Shown here one piece after another: positions 27,061 through 38,684 of a stretch of DNA of 64,000 bases; within the stretch, counting starts at the first letter, position 1; the number at the start of each line of letters is the position of its first letter. This DNA is from Eukaryota sp. GEM-RC1 (lineage: Eukaryota). The position numbers and the translations under genes were made by a program. The stretch is from the NCBI GenBank assembly GCA_040285855.1, contig JAUFOQ010000005.1:682001-746000 (forward strand), in the 5' to 3' direction. Below the pieces are notes generated by a model that saw only the letters and a program-made list of their open reading frames with translations, did no database searches and was not told the origin of the DNA.

Positions 27061-27342
27061 TTGATGCTTTAACAGACATGGTAAAAGCTAATGGTAAAAA
27101 ATTGATTTACAAGGAATAGATTAGTTGGTATTCAAAAGTCTGGCTGTTCAATCAAATAGCTTTACATTATTAAATATCAAAAACAGGGTTTATTATCAAT
27201 ACAGAGAATTATTGCATTTGCAACAATATTAAATAACTAACTGACACTAATTAGAGTATCTGAAGTATCAGATTCTGAACTGCGATTCTTCTGTCCTTCA
27301 ACAAATAACTTGGTGAACTAAAATCGAAATATAATATCTCTG

Positions 27343-27430
27343 TGATACCTGTTGGTGAAAGAGGTAAGATAAAGGTGTTTATAAAGTGAAATAATCCTAC
27401 TTGATACTATACAATTACCTTTGGCTAACA
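27343..27430 (-). repeat. 3' LTR of element 1 (88 bp)
   Basis: TGTTAGCC...GGTATCA, preceded by PPT AAGGAGGAGGAGAGGTAG. Confidence 0.9.
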
Positions 27431-30400
27431 CTACCTCTCCTCCTCCTTGAAGCTCCTTGTTCTCTTAGCCACAGGTGTCTTTATGTTACAGGGTGACTTA
27501 GGATTACTCTTACTACTCGAGGTGCGTTTGAGCTTAGGCTTCTTGTTACTACTATGAAATAAATCTACATTTTCTAATTTACAAAAAATCACTGTAGGCC
27601 TTGGTGTTCTTGATGTCCTTGGTGGGAACCGATGAAGTGTCACCACCAAACCAGAGGACCGTACAGTGTTCACCGTCAGGAGTATTGAACCTGTCAAGGA
27701 TCCTTACAACGATGTGTTCTTCAGAATCCCCTGAAGCAAGTGCTCTGTGGAGATCGTGATCAGCTGGTAGATCTGATTGAAAGATCTTACATTGATGGAT
27801 GCTGGTCTTGCCAACATGACCAGTGATCAGATTCTTTAGAGATACAGAAGATTTCGAATCAACTGATACTACTAGAAATGGTCCAGAGTAATTACCATGG
27901 AGTTTACTAGTTTTGGCGACTTTTAACACAAGATCACCAATCGTAAATGATTGACTAGATTCACGTTTCTTCTTAGGCTTGAGATTTGATTGACGAACCT
28001 CTGCATCTTCTCTCTTTTTGTTAGTCGTTCTAGTTTCATTTTAATGTCGTTAATAAACGGGACATTCTTTGTTGATTTCTCAACAGCATCTAGTAAATTA
28101 CTAGGATCTGCGCCAGGACTTATATCGCTACCGAACATCAGTTCGTAGGGAGTATGTCCAGTAACTGAACTCTTTGTTGCGTTGATTTGCAACTGTACAG
28201 TCGGAATGTATGTTGACCAATTGTCATAATCATTGAAGTCCACGAGGAGACGACGTAGGCTCTGCAGAACGTCTCTGTGACGTCGTTCCACCAGCCCATT
28301 ACTCTGGGAGAAATGAGGAATTGAACGACTTACTTCAATCGCCAGTAGGTTACAAACTGCCTTAAAAATAGCGTTGGCAAACTCGGTACCATTGTCACTA
28401 TGTATACACAACGGTATACCAAAGATAGCGATCACATCCCACACAAGACGATGTGCTACTTCGTTACTGATGAGTTCTTCGAGGGGGCTCAGAATGGTGT
28501 ATCTGGTGAACGAATCTACAAACACCAAGAGGTATTGGTTTCCACTCTGATCTTTTGGAAGTGGACCAATTGTATCGACATTGGGTCTTGCAAAAGGTCT
28601 ATCAGCCCATAGAGAACCCGTCGATTCAATAGTCCTTTTGGGGACAGGTGCCGTTTTCTGACACGCAGGGCATTGCTCGACATGTTTCTTCATGTCGGCT
28701 TTCATACTTGGCCAAAAGTACCCACTATTGCACAGTATGTCCAAACTTTGTTTCTTGTTTGGATGTCCTGACTGGACTAAGCCATGCAGCATGTAAAGAA
28801 CCTTCTTTATCAAGCTAGATGGAATCAAAATCTTGTTCTTGGAGTTGATGTATATGTTGCTCTTCGTACAAAACGTTGAGCCATTGAACAGTTCATCTCC
28901 TTGTTCTATCGCTTTAGTTTGTTCTAACCTTATGGTTGATAGCCAAGAATCAAATAAAGGAAGTTTATTGTCGAATGAGAGGTCACGAAGACACTTGATT
29001 GCTAGCACGCTGGTTATACGTGGAAGCGTCTCATAAATATCTGCGTCATCAAAGCGTAAGCCTTCATAACAAAGGGTTATATCATTTTTTGATGGAAGGG
29101 TTTGATATCGTCAAAGATTTGATTGTTTCAATTGGGCGTCGGTCAATAACACGTGATAACATGTCAGCCCATTGATTGTTTTAACCAGCTACGTGCACTA
29201 TCTCAAAATCGAACTCAGATAAAACTCAGATAAAACGATGGGAATCCATCGTTGTACAATGCGATTCTTCTCTGGAGCTGATATTAGATAAGCTAAGTTC
29301 CTATGATCTGTAAAGATCGTCAAGTGCCTACTTAACAGGAAACTTTCTAAACTAGATTCTGTCAGAATCAAGAGAATGGCATACAGCTCTTTCTGGATAG
29401 CTGACCAATTCTGTTGACTGTCATTGAGTAAACGGCTATAAAAAGATACAGGTCTGACTCTAAGTTCTTCTAACGGAGTACCTGGAGGAGCTGGGGGATT
29501 TTCTTCCAGATCACACCACCAACCGCAATGTTGGATGCATCAGTTGATATGATAATATTCTTATCAGTATTAGGTAAATCGAGTGCCATGTGATCTTTTA
29601 TCTCAGACTTTAATTGTGCAAGTAAAGCATCATGGTCTTTTGTCCAAAGAATTTTCTTGGGTTTTCCACAAGTGAGTTCATTGATTGGGGCAGTCACATT
29701 TGAATAATTCGGAATCCATTCACGAACATAATTTAATGCACCAAGTAAACTTCTTACCTCGGGTAATGTTGAGGGAGCTGGAAGCTCAATCAAAGCCGAA
29801 ACTCTGTTCTCATCAATGCTACGGGTTTTGTTGCAAAAATTGCTGCCCAGAATCTTATTAGGATGTTTTGAAGTGGTGAACCTACACTTCCGTAATCCAA
29901 TCCGTACTCTAATACGTTCTGCTCGTTCCAGTACTAGATTTATTCTTGAAATAAACTGTTCGAAAGTGTCACCTACCACAATTATATCGTCTATATAAAT
30001 GCATACACCTTCCACATCGAATATTTCCATCATGATGTTTTGAAAAATTGCTGGTACGTTTTTCAAACCAAAACATGCTCGTTTGAAGCTAATTGACATT
30101 CCAGGTATAGATACACTGGTCTTCTCGACATCTTTCTCAGCTACCTTTAGCTGCCAGAATGCTTTAGGAAGGTCAAGTGTTCCAATGAAATTTGCTTTCG
30201 AAAGGAACTCTAGAACATCACAGATCCGTGGTAAGTTTGGTTTCACCGGTCTGGTATTAGCGTTAATCCCGTCTGGTCCACTGGAAGTCACCAGTCAAAC
30301 GAGGCTTCTTTTTGTGGTCGTTGTAGACAACAAGCACAATGGGACTACTGAACTTACCAGTCGATGGTACAGCCCATCCTTGTCGTATAAGTTCAATAAA

Positions 30401-31317
30401 ATTTCTTCGGCTATACGCTGTTTTTCAGGGTTAAGCCTTCTAGGAGGACGAAATACAGTGACAGTTTCATCATAAAAAGGGATGGTCATCGGTGGACAAT
30501 CGATACCATCTGGATGTATCTCCTCAGAGAACACTTGTTTGTATTTACTGAGTAGGCTCAGAAGCTCCTTTCTTCTATTAGGGTCATCCAATTCTATCCT
30601 GCAACCAGAGTTGTCAATGATCTCTTCAAATAAACTGATGTCAGTTTGAGTGTTGCCGTACAAATCAATATTTAAATTTATTGTTGAGGAATTTGATTGA
30701 ACACTATTGATTGATTCACATGGTGATTTCATTCTACCATCGAATACACTCTCTGCACTGAGAATAGTGTGATGCTCCTTGTCTAATCTAATGACTAAAC
30801 CATCATCCGTTAGTAATCCCAGTTCTTCTTGTAAGTCTCTGCCTATCATGAGTATTTTGGTACCAGGTACTACTGGGAGAGTATGCTTAATATGAATCTG
30901 GTTAGCTAGACTACCAACGTTGAACGTCAGAACACCTAGTGTACTACCTAAGGATGTTGCACGAATGTTGTTCGCTGAGTTGTATTCAATACAACTGTCA
31001 GTAGTTGTCATCTCACAGTGACGCATTAAATCTTGAGAAATGACTGAGCACGAAGCTGCAGAGTCAAACTCACCAATCACTGGCTCATTGTTAATTAACA
31101 ATCGAATACATAAGGAACCGTTATCCTTTGACTCGATCCCTAGGTTCTGGTTGAGACTGCGAATTGTTTCAACCGATGACGTACTTCTACCCTTGCTTGA
31201 ATGTGTGTTCAAAGCAGCCAATGGGTTCATGTACTTTACTGGTGTAGCGTGTTTTGTGTTGTCAACTGATATTTGAAAAATATAGTTATTCGATTTATTG
31301 TTAAAATTACGATTAGA
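27431..31317 (-). CDS. pol: pol of element 1 (protease, RT, RNase H, integrase, chromodomain-like); frameshifted
   Basis: FDSAASCSVI, LDLPKAFWQ, YIDDI, TDASNIAVGG, GHP..CPAC, VDTIGPLP, SDNGTEF, SNGLVERRH, YSGPF, ILD..VLWFG. Confidence 0.92.
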
Positions 31318-34300
31318 TTAGTCTGATTGATCTCTAAAGCTATCACCGGACCTACGTTTTAGGGGCTTTCCACTTTGGACTCTGGAGGTCATATTGTTCT
31401 TATTACGACGGCACTCAGAGGATAAATGACCTGGTTTGTCACAGTTGTAACACTTAACTGAGGTCTTATCATTTGGGGGGTCATTTCTTCTAGATTGGGG
31501 ACCACGAATTCTAGGTGGGCCATGTCTCATATCACGACGGTTAGCAGGAGGAGCAGCTACAGCAGTAGATCTCATGTAGGTGATCCAAATTCCTTTAACT
31601 TCGTTGAAAAATCGGGGAAGGAGGCTATCATCCGACTTCAGTTTTTGATCCCAACGGACATGTAACTCATTCAGAGTAACAATGTCCTGTTTAGGGTTGA
31701 GAGTGGCCAAGATGATGTCGGCGACTGTTGACGCATGAAGGTGATCCCTATCAGTTGGATCGCTCGAGATGGTGGGAATTGCCATCGAGCTCTTTAGAGA
31801 CCGGATTATGTTGCAGAGATAGTTCTCGATGCATTCAAGGGGGTCTTTAGCATTTCCTAGACGGATGGATTTCAGAGCGCTTGATGCTGCGGTTGTTGAA
31901 AAGAATTGGCTTTTGTCTACTAGCAGTCTCCAGATGGATTGTTCTAGGGAAACAGTATCAGTGTCACCACCAATAGCATCCATCATTTTCCAAGTGGATA
32001 GGGTTGTTTGGTCAATGAAACCACTTACTCCTTCTGGGTCCACTTCACAAAGGGCTGTTCTGGCGAAATCAAATCTGTTCTTGGGTTTGCCAAGCCACAT
32101 GTCGAAGCCTCTGTAAGCTGGTTGTTTCCTTGTATGGACAGCCCAGTGGTTGAAATCATGTAGGAATTTGACCACCTCAGCACGGGTGTCGTTCTTCAAA
32201 AAAGGGCGATGTTTCGAATCTTTCTTTTTGGTTTTTTTGCTTTGGGAGTAACACCAGATGCAAGGATGGTGGATAGACCTGTGCAATCGACTCAGATAGT
32301 CGACTAAGTCGACTCCGCTACATCAGTCGAGTCGAGTCGACTCATCTCTTTCTCAAGTCGAGTCGAGTCGACTTAAATAATGTCTGAGTCGAGTCGAGTC
32401 GACTCAAGTCATATATATTACACTGCATCAAATTACCCTACATGTAGTTTATAGATATCATCTTCCATTAAATAGTTCAATAAAGAATGCTGAAACAACA
32501 CCAATGGTCTTTACTTTCGTCTTTGTTGTATATTTTGAGCAATTAAAGAAATTACTTAAGTGCCTCAAAACCGAAAGGGTGTTCAAGAAGTCAACGAACC
32601 AAGACTACATTGTAGTACCTAGACCACTAATTCCAATTCCAATTCCATGTGGCGATGAACTTTCTCAATACTTCAGTGATCCACTAGCCGTCATAAACCA
32701 ATCCGGTTCTTTGGTGGCACCAAAGTAAAGGCCGCTATCCAATTCTCCGTAATTTGGCTGAAGAATTTTTGGCAATTCAGGCGACCTCACTACCATGTAA
32801 GCGCCTCTCTTCTCAAAAAAAAAGTTATATAGTTTCAAGCAAGCGATGTCCTTTGAGTGACGAAAATATCAGAGCATCTGCATGTTTGCAGTCATGGAGC
32901 ATCTTTCTTGGTGATGAATTTGGTTATAGCTACTTCAGTACTTATACACTTTATTTGTGATGATATACTAATTGCTTTTCTTAAAAAATGTCCTGCATTT
33001 TGCCCGTTTTATAGACGAATGAATTTCAATGAGTGGGCTATAGTTACTGTCGTTACTCAATAGTCGACTCGAGTCGACTCAAAGCCGAGTCGAGTCGACT
33101 CAGATAAATAATTCGTAGAGCCGAGTCGAGTCGACTCAGATAAATTTCTAGTCGAGTCGAGTCGAGTCGTGCACAGGTCTAATGGTGGAATCATGGAGAA
33201 CATTATCAGGGAGTTCATCTTCAGACGAAGAACTTTGATTTAAATGATTTTCGATTGGGAGAGGTGAATCATCAATCACAACCGATTGAGCTTCTCTTTC
33301 TCGCTGACGTTTCTCTTCGGCAATCAGTCTTTCGGTGCATTCCTTTCGAGGGCGTAGAAGTTCTTCTTTAGAGATTACCGACGATTCGGTATTGTTGTGT
33401 GCATCAGCGAAGAATTCTGGTTTGCGATAAACATTTTCATGTTCCATTCGGGCAACATAACGGGGACAAGCTTTCTTTTGGTCCAATTTAGCGGTCGATT
33501 GATCATTACGAGATCTGAAACCGAACGAATCAATTGAGAACCTGTCAACAACTTCAGGATGTTCGATTTCACCTGGAGCAAAGGGGGTAAGTCGTTGAGT
33601 TCGGCTTAGCTCGTCTTGTTTTGGAGTGTCAGTTGAATTCTCACTTAGAGCATCAGCTGCAAGTGGGAGAACTCTCTGAGAGCTACCAATACCTTGGAAA
33701 GGTATGATTCGAGTGGACTCAACATTCGGGACACGAGTAGTCGAGTTTCCGTTTTGGAACGTTGAAACCTGTAAGTGACTGTAATTGTGATTGGGGGACA
33801 ACCACTCAGTACTTATGGCCACGTTGTGATAAATCTGCGACTGGTTATTCAAACAGTGCTGATACCACGCAGTGTACTCATACACCACAGACATACCATC
33901 AGCGTCATACTTTGGCTCAAGAGGTTCAATGATGATCCCATGACGAGGATCCCAAGAGCTGACAGCTGGGTACCTGTAAGTGTCTTCAGACTCCCTGTTG
34001 TACCAACTTCCTAGAAATTGTTCAATAACTTCAGGTGAGGTACCAGGTGGAACGTTGCGCAGAAGATAATGCCTACCTTCTAACATACGGTTCCTGAGTA
34101 CTGGATGCCATGGACGGAACTTTGCTAGGTGCCACATATCAGAGTCAGAGATTGAAACCGTCTGATCATGTGGACTTACCCAAGGAATTCGACTATCAGG
34201 GATGGCATCAGGGTGGAAACCCATACCAACACTCCCGACTTTTCTTTGCACTTCACGAGCACGGTCTTCAGCAGACATTTGCATTCGTTGAATGTTATGT

Positions 34301-34802
34301 TCCTGTTCAGCAAGAAGTTTGTTGTTAACTTCTGCAGTCATGGTCTTACTCTTAGCTAAGGATTCTTCTAAAGACGAATTGCCTTTGCTACTTCAGCTGA
34401 TCTCACAGGAGAAGCTGGAATACTGTCCGATACATTATCTTTATTATCTAAAACTACACTATTTTGAAAAGAGGTACTAAGAGGAGTACCTTGTGAGGAT
34501 ACCTGAGGAGTGGAGGAAACCATTTCTTGGTTAGTTACGGCTGAGAAAGTGGCAGCGTAACGTTGCTGGTAACCTCCAGGAGGTCTAAACTTGTTCAGCA
34601 AAGACTCAATGTCAAAGGCTGAGGAAGTAGAACCTCCTTGACTGCCGCATTCCGTATTGGATGGGGGACTTCGGTTGCCTGACGGATCAGGGCTTACACC
34701 GGATGACGAAGATGATGATGAAGAGCTATCAGAAGCATATTCCGATGAGCTGACTTCCTCAACTTGAGGCCTAGAGTTAATGTCTTGTCGTCTTTTCACC
34801 AT
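31318..34802 (-). CDS. gag: gag of element 1, long N-terminal extension, interrupted by a hAT MITE
   Basis: Zinc knuckle CYNCDKPGHLSSEC; ORFs 34368-34802, 33148-34341, 31318-32286. Confidence 0.8.
32274..33181 (+). mobile_element. Non-autonomous hAT element (GAGTCGACTC family) inserted in gag
   Basis: TIR TAGACCTGTGCA; perfect 8-bp TSD ATGGTGGA; dimerisation-domain remnant AEEFLAIQATS. Confidence 0.93.
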
Positions 34803-34816
34803 AAGACAATAATTAT

Positions 34817-34904
34817 TGATGCCTGTTGGTGAAAGAGGTAAGATAAAGGTGTTTATAAAGTGAAATAATCCTACTTGATACTATACAATTACCTTTGGCT
34901 AACA
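34817..34904 (-). repeat. 5' LTR of element 1 (88 bp)
   Basis: TGTTAGCC...GGCATCA, followed by ATAATTATTGT. Confidence 0.9.
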
Positions 34905-35237
34905 TCTGCATGGAAAGAAACAGTGCAAACTTTAACCTACTCAACCAAAAAATTTTCATTGAATACTTTTCCATACCCCGAACACAATTTTCCAAAAGCA
35001 ATTCAAAAGATTTGTGTAGCTGGATCATCATTACCGTATAGCGACATTGGAAATGGTTGGAACACAAATGAATTGTATCTTCAACATTCAGTTGGGTAAT
35101 TAAATGACAGTATTTTGTATTTTTTGCTTTTTAAGCTACTTCACGCGCAGTCGTTGTTAGGTTTTTGGAAACTGACCTTGAATTACAAGGAGAAACATTG
35201 GGTGTATTTGGTGTGGATAAAGAATTAAGGTGGATTT

Positions 35238-35790
35238 CATTGGTGTGGTCCACACTAATTCTCGAAATCAGAGCTCCAATAAACTAACAAAAACTATCCT
35301 GATCAATTCAATAACTCAGTTAAGGAGTTGTTGTAATAGTCAAATAGAATTTTCACATTGGTAGTAAATTAAAAAACCATGATTGACAGAAATTCTATAG
35401 CTATATAATGCTCCAAGATTATGCACAACACCAACTACAATTATAATAACATCTTTGCAGACATATTTTAATCTACACTACATGTAATTGGTTTTCCAGA
35501 AAATTAGTGCGGTACACACTATTTTTGTTAACTCATAAATAGTGTGTATTACAATTAGTGTGATTCAAACTAATTTCGTTCAATGCACAGATATTTTAAT
35601 TCAATTTTAGGTAAATTGTTCGGTGATGGACAGAAGGATCATAGTTTAGATACTTTAGTTAGTGTCTGTTAGTTATTAACTTCTGCAAATGCAGTTATTT
35701 CACTGACTGATCATAAACCCGGTTTTTAAACTACTTTCAATTTCTACGAGCCAAAAAAGTAATGAAGATTAGTGTGGTCCACACTAATAG
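35238..35790. repeat. Unclassified repeat bounded by ATTAGTGTGGTCCACACTAAT-like palindromes
   Basis: Motif at about 35240, 35503 and 35768; internal part similar to ~4000-4170. Confidence 0.4.
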
Positions 35791-38607
35791 AAACCGATTG
35801 CTGTAAATTCATCTTGTTTCTAATTTATAATCTTTCATTTTCTCCAAACAGAAACCTTGATGACAGATCAACTTCACCTCAAGCAGTCACACTTCCTTAA
35901 AATACGACGCTGCTACGTGACAGACTTCTTCAATGCCAACAAGAAGAACTCTTAACAGATAGTGTCATTGTCTTTCAAGGTGAACGTTGCTCTTTTCATT
36001 CTTCTTATCTTGCTTCTTTCAGTAAAGTCTTGCAGACTAAGTTCAATACTTCATCCACCGAAGTTGTCTTTCCCGAACTTGAAGCTTCTGTTTCTGATCC
36101 TGATTACTTCTTCCAAGTATTCCAATACTTCTATGGACATCCTTTGCATCTCACCGTTCAAAACGTGGGCATTGTTCTTTCTCTATGTTCTTCTCTTCAA
36201 CTTGAGTTGTTATCTCAATCTATTCATGAGACAATGAAAACAGGATTGGATTTATCAAAACCTTTCCAACTACAGTTAGATTCGAATGAAATTGTGACCA
36301 TAATGAGTTCAAATCTCCAAAGAGATGTCGTTCTAACTTATTTAGATGAAGAAGAAGTCGTCATTAGTTCAATATGTTTAATTTGTTGTTCAAACACATT
36401 TAAACATCAATTCTGCTCTAACTTTGCTGATCATTCCCTTCGAAAGTTCTCTTATCATGACGAGTTTGTTGGAGTTACTGGTGAAGAATTTCAATCTTTC
36501 TTTGGTTCTTTTACTGGTAAATCAATCATTCTTAACTCAGACAATGTCGTGAGTTTTTATCAACTTGCAGTCTATTTTCAAGTAGAAGAGGTAAAGAAGG
36601 AATGTATTGGGTTTTTAACTAGAGTAAGTGATGAATCTGAATTGATACAGATTCTTTCAACGGCTGCTGTAAGGCATTTGTTTAATTTTCTTTTAGATTT
36701 CAGTGGAATTTTAAAAAGCTGGCTTCTCCAATCAATTTCCAACCGATTTCCTTGCCTCCAAACTTCTTTTCATGTCTTTTGCCTAATGTTGATAATTGTT
36801 GGTTAATTAAATGTTTAGTACTTACTGTTCAGAATACTCCAGAAGATCAGTTGGATACCTCTGAAATACTACGAATTTTAAATTTGTTTGAGGTAGATCC
36901 ATCAAACATTAGTAAAGTGTATCTTGCTGCAAAAACTTTATTTCAATTAAAGTTGCTTCAAAATATACTTTTTGATTGGTCTATGATTGTTTTACCAACA
37001 ATTTCTCCTGACAAAATACCTGGTAAATGGTTCTGCTGGTGTTTTGTCTTATTTATTCGAAGTTTTCACAGACTGTCAAGGTACTTCAATTTTTTCATCA
37101 AACTTTGGTACAATTGTTACTGTTATTCGTCTATCCGCAATTGTGTTAATTCCTGAAGTTTTCCAAAGTTTAGCATCAAGTCTACCTTCGGATTACACAC
37201 TATTCCTACTAAAATCACTAATTGCTTCCTGAAAGTCTTCTGAAGTCTCTAATTTTTGGTCTGTTGAAGACTTTGTCAGTTGTCTCTCAGCTTTAAATAT
37301 TGATTCAAATCCAATTGAGTTTTTAAATGTAATAACCCCTTTATGTATTGATCAGAGATAGAGGTGGGAATTACTCGAGTAATACTCGAGTAATACTCAC
37401 TGTTTTGAAAAAAGTGAGTACGAGTATTACTTGAGTACTTGAGTAAAAGTCTTGAGTAGTACTCGAGTAACACTAAAGTAATACTTGAGTATTACTCAAT
37501 AATGAATGATATCGAAATAAATAGTGTTTATATATCATCCAAACTATAACAACTCCAAGAATGTAAGTTCAAAATAGATTGTACACTCTCAACATTCAAA
37601 CTAGCGCGTCTAGGGTTAACTACATGGCCTGCACGTGAGAATAGGGATTCCGTAGCTACAGAAGAAGGCTGAACACTCAGAAAATCTTGCGCAGCTTTAC
37701 TAAGTACAGGAAAACGATCTGACTCACTTTCCCAGAAAGCAAGTGGGTCCGGCTGAATATCAAGAATTGGATGATCTTGAAAGCCTTGAATCTCTTCCTG
37801 CAGATTACAGAATCTACTTCTTTTTTTTGGCTTTTAGTTCGTTGAGCAAGCGTCTTCTTGGACTATGGCAAGCTTCTTGTTCGTTTGGTTCATTTCTCTG
37901 CATTTCTACCATAACATTGTTCATACTTGACTGCTCTCCATCTCGGTCATCGCTCTCTTTCTCTTCTGTACCATATTTCGTTCTCACGAATTGTTCGAAT
38001 GTAGAAACATTGCTTACATACTTCAATTCATCTGGAATTACATTCAGGTCTACTCTGGGATCTAAAAAGTGCAACCATACGCAACCCAATCGTAAAACTT
38101 ATGAGAATAGTTTCCCAGCTTCTCCATAATCACTTGTCCTGCTTCTCGTATCCATTGACTTTCATGTTCATCATCAATAATCTTATGGATCTTTTTCAAA
38201 ATTAAGTCGAACATTAAGTATCCAACTCCTACAACAGAATACTTTGAAGCGGACACAGTTTCTGTGAACTCATCAAAGTCAATAAGAAACTCAACTAGTT
38301 TCGTCAAATCAGTTTTTTCAGACATACTGAGTGCTAGTCGAGCCATGTTGTGTTCGAGAAGTGTATGTTCAATAGCTTCAATTAGATCAAGATATCGTTC
38401 CGCCATTCTACAAGTGGCGTTCCAACGTATGGCTATGTCTTGGGGCACAGAATCGGCTTTGATGTTCAGCAATTTACACTTTAATCTTAGGGTTTGACTC
38501 ACAGTCGTCGACCTATGAGAAATCACTACAAATTCTCGTACTTTTGCCAGTATATTTGAGATGGTCTCTGAGCTTAAAGCTTTTTTGACAAATAAATTGA
38601 CTATATG

Positions 38608-38684
38608 TGTTAGTGTAATGACTCATCAGGACCTTTATCCTTAAATAAATTCACTTTTCTCTATTCATATGACTAAGACCAACA
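38608..38684 (+). repeat. 5' LTR of element 2 (77 bp)
   Basis: TGTTAGTG...GACCAACA, followed by ATAATTATTGT. Confidence 0.92.

Larger units (their letters stand above)
27343..34904 (-). mobile_element. Full-length Ty3/Gypsy (chromovirus-like) LTR retrotransposon 1
   Basis: 88-bp LTRs with one mismatch, TG...CA ends, 4-bp TSD TCTG; order gag-PR-RT-RH-IN-chromo-like; purine tract before the 3' LTR. Confidence 0.95.

Noticed and set aside
27338..27349. GGTATCA as a tRNA-iMet PBS
   Set aside because: It is the terminal part of the LTR itself (present in both LTRs, bounded by the TCTG TSD) and lacks TGG and the downstream GAGC
32284..33170. GAGTCGAGTCGACTC arrays (also TACTCGAGTA at 37370-37500) as CRISPR-like or satellite repeats
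   Set aside because: Irregular subterminal repeats inside TIR/TSD-bounded hAT elements; no repeat-spacer periodicity
36705..36725. Frameshift shared by BTB copies 2, 3 and 5 as programmed frameshifting
   Set aside because: It lies in an A-run; copy 4 (AAAACAG) is in frame, and similar homopolymer indels hit CK1, CEP76 and DPP3, pointing to sequencing error
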